Under the pieces are notes generated by a model, which was given only the letters and a program-made list of their open reading frames with translations, was not told where the DNA came from and did no database searches. From a virus (lineage: Duplodnaviria > Caudoviricetes), in the IMG/VR virus record IMGVR_UViG_3300030090_005675, positions 1 through 32,726 of that record: 32,726 nt of DNA, one strand, 5' to 3'. Below, piece after piece: positions 23,298 to 31,232 of the stretch. The position numbers were made by a program, and so were the translations under genes. Within the stretch, counting starts at the first letter, position 1. The number at the start of each line of letters is the position of its first letter.

Positions 23298-26081
23298 ATG
23301 CCTCAACCTTTAAGGAGTGTGATGTTACAACCTCTCAATAAACGCTATGACCCTCAGCATCATGGCGCACGATGTGACATTTGCCCTCTCAGGAAGAATG
23401 GTGAACTGGCAAACGATGAGTGGTCGCCGGTCCCTCCTGAGATACACAACGGAGCCTCGACGCTAGCTGTCGTCGAGTCTCCCGGTCTTGAGGAGGTCGC
23501 GAGAGGTCGGCCCCTCATAGGCCGTTCGGGTAGTGAGTGGGGGAATGCCCTGCTCGCTATTGGTAAGAAGCGGCCCGACATCGATCTAACAAACGTAGTG
23601 CTGTGCAAGCCCCCCGGTCAGCCATCCGGTGCGTGGGCTCGCATGGAGAAGAAGTTAGACAAGATCAACAAACGACGAAGCAAGGAAGGCAAAGACCCTA
23701 TCCCGCATCCAGCTACATGCTGTCGACCTCGTCTGTTGAGTCGAGCATCCAGTTACCGGCACATCATTACTCTCGGCAAGACTGCCACACAAGCACTGAC
23801 AGGTACGAGCGCGTCTATTCATGCGTCCAGAGGCGGTCCTGTCTGGGTAGACGAAGACTGGAACATGGTGCCCAGCGGCGGCGCTCACATGATCATGCCG
23901 ACGCTGCACCCGTCGTTTGTCGTGAGATCTCCGAGCTGGAGAAGCGTGCTTCATTCAGACTTAGCGAAAGGGTTTCGTTGGTTCGAGAACCGGCTGCGGT
24001 GGCAAGACCCCGATATCCTGTGGCGACCCACACCGGATGAGCTTGTAGCCTGGCTGAGCCAGCCCGCGCCCTTTTGGTCATACGACGTTGAGACCGACGG
24101 GAAAGACCCGATGTCGTGCAAGCTACGCACGATCGCGATTGCAACACCCGACTTGGACAAGATGGGCAAAGCCGCCCGCGCAGAGATCTCAACCGTCTCC
24201 CAGGCAGTGGGTGTCAGTATTCTATCCGCAGACGGCGGGACAAAGTTCTACTCACCAGAAGACGAAGACGCGATCAAGCAGATACTCATGACGGCAATGA
24301 CTGACGGTCGAGTATGGGTCGGGCACAATGCCGGGTTCTTCGACCGCTTAGTCATCGAGCGCTGGCTTGGCGTTACTCCAGCTCCTCTGGTAGACACACT
24401 CTTTCCCACACGCTTTCGCGCGCCAGACCTGCCCAAAGGACTGAAGACGATCGGCTCCATCCTCACAGACGTAGAGCGCTGGGAGACATCAGAGAAAGGC
24501 GTCAAGATCGCAACAGGTGCAACAGATGACGATGAGCTGTTGCGCTACAACATCGTCGACGCAGTGGTCAACGCTCGAATCGTTGTACCGCTCATTGATG
24601 CGTCATCGAATGCAGGCGCCTTCCGACCTCTCAGTCAAGAGTTCAAGCCTCGTGGATGGGGTGAGGGTAAGCCCTGGAATCTATTCGAGGTAGACCACAA
24701 GACTCAAGAGATGTGCCTCGAGATGCACCGCAACGGTGTGTGGGTAGATCAAAAGATTCGTATGGGTCTTGAAGTCGAATACACCGTCAGTATCGACAAG
24801 AGACGAAAGAAGCTGGACGAGATGGCTCGAAGCATCGGGCTCAAGAAGCTGGACATGAAGTCAGTCAACGACGATGGCTTCAACCCAGGATCTGCAGATC
24901 AGATACGCAACCTCTTCTACAACAAGTGGAAGCTGTCAATCCCACCGCACATGGATTCTCGAGAGTTCTTCACCGAATCAGGACTACCCGGCACAGGTGA
25001 TGCTGTGCTCCGCGGCCACCTGTCTAACCCTGGCCTGTCAGCAGAGCAGAAGGCATTCATCTACGAACTAAGACTGTATCGAAGAGAGAAGAACAAGATA
25101 CTCGGCACCGTCCTCTTGCCTATGCAGAGAAGAGACGTCGACCCCAAGAAAGGTCTTGTATGGCAAGACGGTCGTGTTCGAAGCAACTGGAACGCACACA
25201 CCACCAGTGTCGGACGCCTGAGCTCAAGCGGCCCCAACTTGCAGAACATCGGTAACCGTAAGGGACAAGGCAGACTCAAGAGCATCTTCGCTGCACCGCC
25301 AGGTCGAGTCTACATTGGAGCCGACCTCGATCAAGCCCATCTTCGAATCACTGCAAGCTTCTGGCAGATCCCACGTCTACTCGAGTGCTTCGTAGAGAAC
25401 AAGGACCCGCATAATCTACTCGCCTATGACATCTTCGGTAGCAAGTTCAAGCACGCCGATGGCTGGGGACCTGACGGGTTCAGTCTTCTCAAGAAGCCGA
25501 TAGGCGGGCAAGCCAAAGCCATGCGAGACGTCATGAAGACATTCCGCTATGCATCCATCTACTGGGCAGACCCCAGCACGGTTTGGCAGGTTCTAACGTC
25601 AACAGAGACGAACGATGGCAAGCTACCGTATCTGGACATCGAGCCGAGAGAAGTTAGACACTTTCATCAGCAGTGGCTCGAAGCAGAACCTGAGTGGATG
25701 GACGCTTGGGCTCGCATGCTCGAGATCTACCGCGAACAAGGCTATATGGAAGAACCTGTCCTGGGTCGGCGATCCGGGAATTTGTCCGATGGAAAGAAAA
25801 ATGAAGTCGTCAACTTCCCTGTGCTGGCCGCTGAAAGTTCACTCATGCGACTGGCAGAACAAGAAATTATCACTGCGTTCCCGTTTGGGTTCGCTGGCCC
25901 AGGAACAGGTCTCATCCACCAATGCCACGACAGCATCTGCATCGAAGTCCCCGATGAGGGGGAAGAGCAGCTGGAGAAGTGGCGGCAACAAGTAGAAGAG
26001 TGCATGACCCTGACCGTACCGGGATGGGAGGTAGTGCTCACATCTGAAGCCGACATCGGCAAAAACTTGAAGGAGGTCTAA
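23298..26081 (+). CDS. polA: Family A DNA polymerase with N-terminal uracil-DNA glycosylase-like (family 4) domain and 3'-5' exonuclease
   Basis: UDG-like: CDICPL, VVESPG, GRPLIGRSG, TNVVLCKPP, ITLGKTA, TLHPS. Exo I/II/III: YDVETD, GHNAGFFD, YNIVDA. Polymerase: GRLSSSGPNLQN, motif A DLDQAHLR, motif B RDVMKTFRYASIY, motif C HDS. The true start may be ATG 23322 after AAGGAG. Confidence 0.9.
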   Translation: MPQPLRSVMLQPLNKRYDPQHHGARCDICPLRKNGELANDEWSPVPPEIHNGASTLAVVESPGLEEVARGRPLIGRSGSEWGNALLAIGKKRPDIDLTNVVLCKPPGQPSGAWARMEKKLDKINKRRSKEGKDPIPHPATCCRPRLLSRASSYRHIITLGKTATQALTGTSASIHASRGGPVWVDEDWNMVPSGGAHMIMPTLHPSFVVRSPSWRSVLHSDLAKGFRWFENRLRWQDPDILWRPTPDELVAWLSQPAPFWSYDVETDGKDPMSCKLRTIAIATPDLDKMGKAARAEISTVSQAVGVSILSADGGTKFYSPEDEDAIKQILMTAMTDGRVWVGHNAGFFDRLVIERWLGVTPAPLVDTLFPTRFRAPDLPKGLKTIGSILTDVERWETSEKGVKIATGATDDDELLRYNIVDAVVNARIVVPLIDASSNAGAFRPLSQEFKPRGWGEGKPWNLFEVDHKTQEMCLEMHRNGVWVDQKIRMGLEVEYTVSIDKRRKKLDEMARSIGLKKLDMKSVNDDGFNPGSADQIRNLFYNKWKLSIPPHMDSREFFTESGLPGTGDAVLRGHLSNPGLSAEQKAFIYELRLYRREKNKILGTVLLPMQRRDVDPKKGLVWQDGRVRSNWNAHTTSVGRLSSSGPNLQNIGNRKGQGRLKSIFAAPPGRVYIGADLDQAHLRITASFWQIPRLLECFVENKDPHNLLAYDIFGSKFKHADGWGPDGFSLLKKPIGGQAKAMRDVMKTFRYASIYWADPSTVWQVLTSTETNDGKLPYLDIEPREVRHFHQQWLEAEPEWMDAWARMLEIYREQGYMEEPVLGRRSGNLSDGKKNEVVNFPVLAAESSLMRLAEQEIITAFPFGFAGPGTGLIHQCHDSICIEVPDEGEEQLEKWRQQVEECMTLTVPGWEVVLTSEADIGKNLKEV

Positions 26082-26506
26082 TGCAATCCGCAAGATGGTT
26101 CCTGGCGCACAGTCGTCAAGATGATGTATCTGACATCGCTGTGTGGTCTCAGACCCTGCTCGATCAACTCAACCTACCGGACTGGAGCGTGGAGGTCGTG
26201 CCCGGCCGAGACGACTTTCAGTCTCGCGCTTCAGCTCTTGGTGGTTGGAAAGCATGGTGTAGTGATGTACCACACGGTCGAAACTACGACGGCACTCCTA
26301 TGTTTCATGGCGTCGTCGTACCCATGGACATCCAAGGAGAGCAACCTGTCGTGGGTCGCGCCACGGCTTCGATCGTCAAGGGATTCCTCGAAGAACATAA
26401 ACATGTGTTCGCTTGGTGCCCCGAGACACACCGCTTCAAACAAATCACTGCACTGGAGGACACCAACATCGACAACTGGAAAGGTTGGTCTGCGGTCATA
26501 TTTTGA
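26081..26506 (+). CDS. Hypothetical protein, possible nucleoside-2-deoxyribosyltransferase/TIR-like fold
   Basis: Coupled to polA (TAATG, GGAGG RBS). WFLAHSRQD start and VGRATASIVKGFLEEHKHVFAW resemble flavodoxin-like NDT/TIR elements. The fold call is tentative. Confidence 0.45.
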   Translation: MQSARWFLAHSRQDDVSDIAVWSQTLLDQLNLPDWSVEVVPGRDDFQSRASALGGWKAWCSDVPHGRNYDGTPMFHGVVVPMDIQGEQPVVGRATASIVKGFLEEHKHVFAWCPETHRFKQITALEDTNIDNWKGWSAVIF

Positions 26507-26508
26507 CC

Positions 26509-26537
26509 TTGACCGCTAAATGTAGCGTAGTTATTAT
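26509..26537 (+). promoter_or_regulatory. Sigma70-like promoter with a small palindrome in the spacer
   Basis: TTGACC (26509-26514), 17 nt, TATTAT (26532-26537); CGCTA-AATG-TAGCG at 26514-26527. Confidence 0.65.
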
Positions 26538-26571
26538 ACCGCCACGGAAACCCTGAACCGTAGGAGAAACA

Positions 26572-28329
26572 ATGAAACAGGAAAAACCCTGGGTCAAGAA
26601 GATCGAGAGTAACGTCAAGAGCCCGACCGGCAACATGTGGAATGTTGAGATCGGCAAGCACACACTTCTCGTTGGATCAAACACATCACACAAGAGTGCT
26701 GTCACACAGTCTCTCGAGCTCGCACTTAGTGCTGCCGCGGATGACATCGTTAACCGAAACGAAGTCAAGGACGGAGCGCTTCTTATGAGCCTGTCACCCA
26801 GCGATCACCTCGAGTGTACTGCTGTCATCAACGACGGCACTGAAGCGTACTACAGACTCGAGTCAGAGAAAGGCAAGGTCGGTCGACCCAAGCATGACAC
26901 TGAAGTTGACTGCAGTATGTCTTTACCTCTACGTCTTGTACGCAAAGCGCTTGCAGGTAGTTCGACTACAGCACGCAAGTCCTTCGTTCTATGGGCTGCG
27001 CAGACTGCAGACCGCGAAGATGTGCTCGCGCAGATCCCCGCTAACTATCATGCACGCTATGAAGACCTGGCCGATCACATCGGTCGAGAGCTATCTGAGA
27101 TCGAGACTTTGATCGCAGTCACTGACTATGTCGGTAAGTCTCAGCGGGAGAGCGCCAAAGAGGTCAAGGGAGCTGAGGCTGTCTTCGACAAGCTGCGCGG
27201 CGATCTGGAGGAGCGCCCCTCCGACACTGAGATGTACCACTTCTCTGAGGAGGTCAAGCGTCTTCGTGAGCTACTGGTCACTTCAGCCGCGGGTCCGACA
27301 GATCCAAACCTCAAGCGCATCCAAGCAAACAAGTACGTGCTGGACTGGGCTGTTGAAGAAGACATGACCAGCTGCCCCAGCTGCAGCAGCGAAGTCGGGC
27401 ACCGTCACTTGGTCGCCTGCGCCGACTACTACGCTAACGCAGAGCGGGGTACAATCGCGCAGCTCGAAGCTGAGTCTACGCAGTCAAGTGACATGGACGC
27501 CATCAAGCATCAGCTGAGCGTAGCTGAGTCCAAGCTGTCGATGATGGTCGCTGCGGCGGGCAAATGGGACACAGTCATGCAAGCCAAGGAGACTGCGCTG
27601 AGCATGAAGCAACAGGTCGAGCGATACAAGGAGATGAAGAAGATCTGCGAAGATGCAGTGGGTCATCTTGTCCGAGTATTCGGTAAGACCTTCTCAGACG
27701 GCGTCAGCCGCTTCCTGCCTGATGGTTGGGACTTCGGTATCGAACTCGAGGACCAAGGCCGTGAGGTATTCCGTATGGGCCTCAGAAGAGACGGTAGACT
27801 CTGCTGCGCTCTGTCTGGTGCTGAGTGGGCGGCAGTCACGACTGCGATTGCTATGCAGATGTCTACGCCAAGCGGCGCGCCTTCTGTGTTGATCCCTGAG
27901 GATCGCGCCTGGGACGGCTCGACTCTGTCTGCTGTGATGCGGGCATTCTCCAAGTACGACGGTCAGGTTCTCATGGCGAGCACTATTCGCCCCAAGGGTC
28001 GCAGCCCGAAGAACTGGACCATCATCGATATGGACAAGTGGTTGGAGGAGCAGATCGAAGGAAAGCCCGAAGAGGAGGAGCTGGAGTTGGGGCAAGTTCC
28101 GTCTGAGTTTGTTCCGCGCACCAACGTGACAAGCACTTACGCCATCCGAGTCTTGCACGGACTCGGATATACAGACGAGCAGATCAACACGATGCAAGCC
28201 GAAGCCGCGGCAAAAATCATCAGCGGTGGACATCTTGCCTCTTGCACTGAGATCTTGTCTGACGGAAACTTTCAGGTAGTCGAAGCCGGTAACTTAGTAC
28301 CACTTCCAAAGGCTACCCAGTTCAAATGA
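26572..28329 (+). CDS. SbcC/Rad50-like ABC-ATPase with degenerate motifs
   Basis: LLVGSNTSHKS (Walker A-like), helical coiled-coil region with central CPSC (Zn-hook-like), signature LSGAE, VLIPED (Walker B-like), QVLMAST. Confidence 0.7.
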   Translation: MKQEKPWVKKIESNVKSPTGNMWNVEIGKHTLLVGSNTSHKSAVTQSLELALSAAADDIVNRNEVKDGALLMSLSPSDHLECTAVINDGTEAYYRLESEKGKVGRPKHDTEVDCSMSLPLRLVRKALAGSSTTARKSFVLWAAQTADREDVLAQIPANYHARYEDLADHIGRELSEIETLIAVTDYVGKSQRESAKEVKGAEAVFDKLRGDLEERPSDTEMYHFSEEVKRLRELLVTSAAGPTDPNLKRIQANKYVLDWAVEEDMTSCPSCSSEVGHRHLVACADYYANAERGTIAQLEAESTQSSDMDAIKHQLSVAESKLSMMVAAAGKWDTVMQAKETALSMKQQVERYKEMKKICEDAVGHLVRVFGKTFSDGVSRFLPDGWDFGIELEDQGREVFRMGLRRDGRLCCALSGAEWAAVTTAIAMQMSTPSGAPSVLIPEDRAWDGSTLSAVMRAFSKYDGQVLMASTIRPKGRSPKNWTIIDMDKWLEEQIEGKPEEEELELGQVPSEFVPRTNVTSTYAIRVLHGLGYTDEQINTMQAEAAAKIISGGHLASCTEILSDGNFQVVEAGNLVPLPKATQFK

Positions 28330-28547
28330 AGTGCCCTCGATGCGACAGCAAGACTCGTGTGACTTCCAGCCGTACGGCGTTCACGCCCCAAGGTTGTAAG
28401 TCTGCGAGACTCGCTAAGCACGAGATCTCATGGTTTACCCAAGACTGGGTGTCTCGCGTACGATGTTGTACTCAATGCAGCTGGAGAGACTACACAGTTG
28501 AGATATGTATAGACGACTTAAAGTCAGGCTGGAAGCGCAAAGCTTGA
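28326..28547 (+). CDS. Stand-alone NrdR-like zinc-ribbon protein
   Basis: MKCPRC..KTRVTSSR...RVRCCTQC..DYTVE parallels the NrdR N-terminal Zn ribbon; no ATP cone; ATGA overlap with the previous gene. Confidence 0.65.
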   Translation: MKCPRCDSKTRVTSSRTAFTPQGCKSARLAKHEISWFTQDWVSRVRCCTQCSWRDYTVEICIDDLKSGWKRKA

Positions 28548-28573
28548 CACGTACCCTGCAACCTCGATAGATT
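28544..28573 (+). promoter_or_regulatory. Possible sigma70-like promoter upstream of the DUF927 leader
   Basis: TTGACA (28544-28549), 18 nt, TAGATT (28568-28573); shares CTTGACACGT with the promoter at 18627-18636. Confidence 0.5.
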
Positions 28574-28619
28574 GGGGGAAGCCATGCTGTATCTCCACAT
28601 TCGGTTTGGCTCAGGGTTT

Positions 28620-28656
28620 AGGCGTCGTCCGTCTGCTTAGTCGGGCGGCGTCTTTT
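28620..28656 (+). terminator. Intrinsic terminator-like hairpin within the DUF927 leader
   Basis: GGCGTCGTCCG (28621-28631) pairs with CGGGCGGCGTC (28642-28652) using three G-U pairs; 10-nt loop; followed by TTTTGCTT. Confidence 0.6.
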
Positions 28657-28699
28657 GCTTACGGGATATGAACAATGCTGACCAAATCGGAGATAAACA

Positions 28700-30763
28700 A
28701 TGACCGTCATGGGAGTGACACAAGAACCTGAAAACATTTTGAGCGGCCTTCTTGAAGCGGTGAAGAGTGCAGACAGTGAAGCCAAGAAACAAGCCTGGGC
28801 AGGAGTACAGGACCCTGATGTGCTCGATGCACTGGCTGATGAATGGAAGAAAGACAGCGAGCGTATCAGTACAATGCTGTCTACGATCGAGTCTGTACCT
28901 GGCCAAGTAAACAAGGCAAGGAACCTTCGCTCTGCGATCAAGCGTCTCGCCGACGAGCGCATGCAGAAGATCATCGAGTCTCAAGTGACTCTGATGGAGC
29001 AAGAGCTCCTGGCTCTCTGTACTATGAGCGCGGCTCTCGGAGCCAGTTCTCCTCCAGCTACCGTCATCGAAAAGTCGGTGCTCGATATGCTGCGCGTACC
29101 GAGAGGCTATGAGATCGACGTCTCTGGCGTATACAAGCTGAGTGCAGGAGTAGATGGCGACATCAATAGAAGTCGCGTGGCTCCAGCTCCGATCTTTATC
29201 TCGGGCAGGACCATCGATGTGCTCACCGGAGAAGCGAAGCGGCAGGTCGTCTGGCGCGGTCCCGCCGGATGGTGCTCGAGAGTCATCGACCGTCGTACGA
29301 TCTTGGACACCTCGCGTATCATGTCACTGGCAGACCTCGAAGCGCCGGTCAGCAGCAACCACATCTCACAGGTGGTCTCCTACCTTGCTGACTTCGAAGC
29401 CGAGAACAACCATCGATTCCCTGCAGTGCAGTCAGCGTCTCGTATGGGGTGGCTACCAGACGGTGGTTTCCTTCTACCCGACAAACACTACACGCTCGAC
29501 AAGAAGCCTTCATCGTTCGCATTGACAGCGCCTCCAGGGCTGGAGACCATCTCGCAAGGATGGAAGAGCAAGGGTTCTTGGTCCGAGTGGAAGATCGCGA
29601 TCGAGAACGTGCTCGAGTATCCGTACATGATGATCGCCATCTATGCTTCAGCCGCGGCCCCCATCCTCGAAGTGTTGAAGCTGCCTGGCTTCGTCGTTGA
29701 CTTCAGCGGTGAGACTTCGGGCGGTAAGACTACGGCGCTTCGATTGGCTGCGTCTGTATGGGGTAAGCCTTCTGACAGCTACCCCACTGCCATGTATAGC
29801 TGGGATGCCACCAAGGTCTGGATCGAGCGTACTACCGGATACCTGCACAGCCTGCCCCTCATCCTCGATGAGACTAAGCGAGTTCGTCACCCCCGGATGA
29901 TCCGTGACGTCATCTATGACTTCTGTCAGGGACAAGGCCGCGGCCGAGGTAACCCAGATGGTACTCGCCGGATTGATTCTTGGCGTACTGTGCTCATCAG
30001 TTCTGGAGAAGGTGCTGCGACCTCGTTCAGCCAAGACGCAGGTACGCGAGCTCGGGTTCTCAGTCTCAAGGGCAAGCCTTTGGGAGATGATCCCAAAGCA
30101 GGTGGTAAGATGAGCGAGAACTTGCAGGTCGACCTGGCAGGCACCTATGGTCACCTGGGTCGGCGCATCATCGAATACTTGGTCGGTAACCATAAGAGTC
30201 ACGATCGAATCAGAGAGGTCTTCCGCAACTCGAGAGACAGCTACGCAGCTATCGCTAAGACTGCTGTGGCTCGACGTCATGCGGCTCACCTGGCTGTGCT
30301 CGATGTCGCTGCCAGTATCGTTCATCAGCTGGGCATACCGAAGCCTGTGGAAGATCCCTTTGCTCACTTGATCGAGAGTGCCTTTGCTGCAGGGGAAGAC
30401 GCAGACAGACCGCTTGCTGCGATGCAAGACTTGATCAGCTGGTGTGCTGCCAACCAAGCACGATTCTACGGTCGACATGATACGTCTTCGATGGGCATCG
30501 CTCGGGTACCACACTCGGGATGGGGTGGAAGCTGGAGCGGTAAGGACGACTGGGACTACATCGCAGTCACAGCGCTGACTATCCGAGAAGTACTCAAGGA
30601 GCTGGGCTACCATCCAGAAGAACTCCTCACTCGATGGGACGAGCGCGAGTGGTTGTACCGTGGTCGCGGGCGAAACAGGACTCGAGTGGTGCGCGTGGAT
30701 GGTGTGTCGATCCGTTGCTACTGCATCAAGAGAAGCACGGCAGACCTGGCATTGGAAGACTGA
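28700..30763 (+). CDS. DUF927-domain replicative helicase (Cch-like ATPase)
   Basis: Walker A GETSGGKTT, Walker B LILDE, GQGRGRG, WRTVLISSGE, GTRARV, YGHLG; upstream SRMGW typical of DUF927. Confidence 0.85.
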   Translation: MTVMGVTQEPENILSGLLEAVKSADSEAKKQAWAGVQDPDVLDALADEWKKDSERISTMLSTIESVPGQVNKARNLRSAIKRLADERMQKIIESQVTLMEQELLALCTMSAALGASSPPATVIEKSVLDMLRVPRGYEIDVSGVYKLSAGVDGDINRSRVAPAPIFISGRTIDVLTGEAKRQVVWRGPAGWCSRVIDRRTILDTSRIMSLADLEAPVSSNHISQVVSYLADFEAENNHRFPAVQSASRMGWLPDGGFLLPDKHYTLDKKPSSFALTAPPGLETISQGWKSKGSWSEWKIAIENVLEYPYMMIAIYASAAAPILEVLKLPGFVVDFSGETSGGKTTALRLAASVWGKPSDSYPTAMYSWDATKVWIERTTGYLHSLPLILDETKRVRHPRMIRDVIYDFCQGQGRGRGNPDGTRRIDSWRTVLISSGEGAATSFSQDAGTRARVLSLKGKPLGDDPKAGGKMSENLQVDLAGTYGHLGRRIIEYLVGNHKSHDRIREVFRNSRDSYAAIAKTAVARRHAAHLAVLDVAASIVHQLGIPKPVEDPFAHLIESAFAAGEDADRPLAAMQDLISWCAANQARFYGRHDTSSMGIARVPHSGWGGSWSGKDDWDYIAVTALTIREVLKELGYHPEELLTRWDEREWLYRGRGRNRTRVVRVDGVSIRCYCIKRSTADLALED

Positions 30764-31044
30764 TGGCAGACCCCCAGGAGATACTCGAGTGGATTGGTCA
30801 GATCGAATGCGATGCGCTCCGTCTTGAGCCTGCAGAGTTCTACGATCCATTCATCCTGGGTGTGGCCTATCGATGTCATACAGGACCACTACTGGTCTAC
30901 GACATGCCTGCGATACTCGAGGCCCATGTCAAAGAAGGCATGACCTACACAGAGGCAGAGGAGTACTTCAACCTCAACACACTGGGCGCATGGGTCGGAG
31001 AAGGCACACCTATATTCCTTGACACCTCACCCGGAGACAGCTGA
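30763..31044 (+). CDS. Conserved phage hypothetical protein
   Basis: Start re-called from 30634 to ATG 30763 (TGATG coupling). The pattern ILGV...VYD...GMTYTEAEEYFNLNTLGAWVGEGTPIF is one I recall from many phage hypotheticals. Confidence 0.7.
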   Translation: MADPQEILEWIGQIECDALRLEPAEFYDPFILGVAYRCHTGPLLVYDMPAILEAHVKEGMTYTEAEEYFNLNTLGAWVGEGTPIFLDTSPGDS

Positions 31045-31232
31045 TGCCGATCTACGAGTACCAGTGCCCCGTCTGTAAGAAGAAGCGAGAGATGCTTCAA
31101 CGCATGAGCGATGCAAAGCCTCCTGTGTGCGAGCCCTGCGCCAAGAAGATGACGCGGCTGATCTCAAGCACCAGCTTCTCTCTGAAGGGAGACGGTTGGT
31201 ACAAGGACGGCTACGGGCTCAGGAGCGAATGA
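31044..31232 (+). CDS. FmdB-family zinc-ribbon protein
   Basis: MPIYEYQCPVC...CEPC...RLISSTSFSLKGDGWYKDGY is the canonical pattern. Confidence 0.9.
   Translation: MPIYEYQCPVCKKKREMLQRMSDAKPPVCEPCAKKMTRLISSTSFSLKGDGWYKDGYGLRSE

Noticed and set aside
22608-23306. 232-aa minus-strand ORF
   Set aside because: Antisense shadow of the SSB-like gene, which has a strong RBS and fits the operon.
29648-30850. 400-aa minus-strand ORF
   Set aside because: It lies almost entirely antisense to the motif-rich DUF927 gene and has no recognisable features; treated as a shadow ORF, like the other short nested ORFs in the track.
31127-31228. Upstream extension of the TGT-like ORF
   Set aside because: It overlaps the clear FmdB gene; ATG 31229 has an RBS and ATGA coupling.
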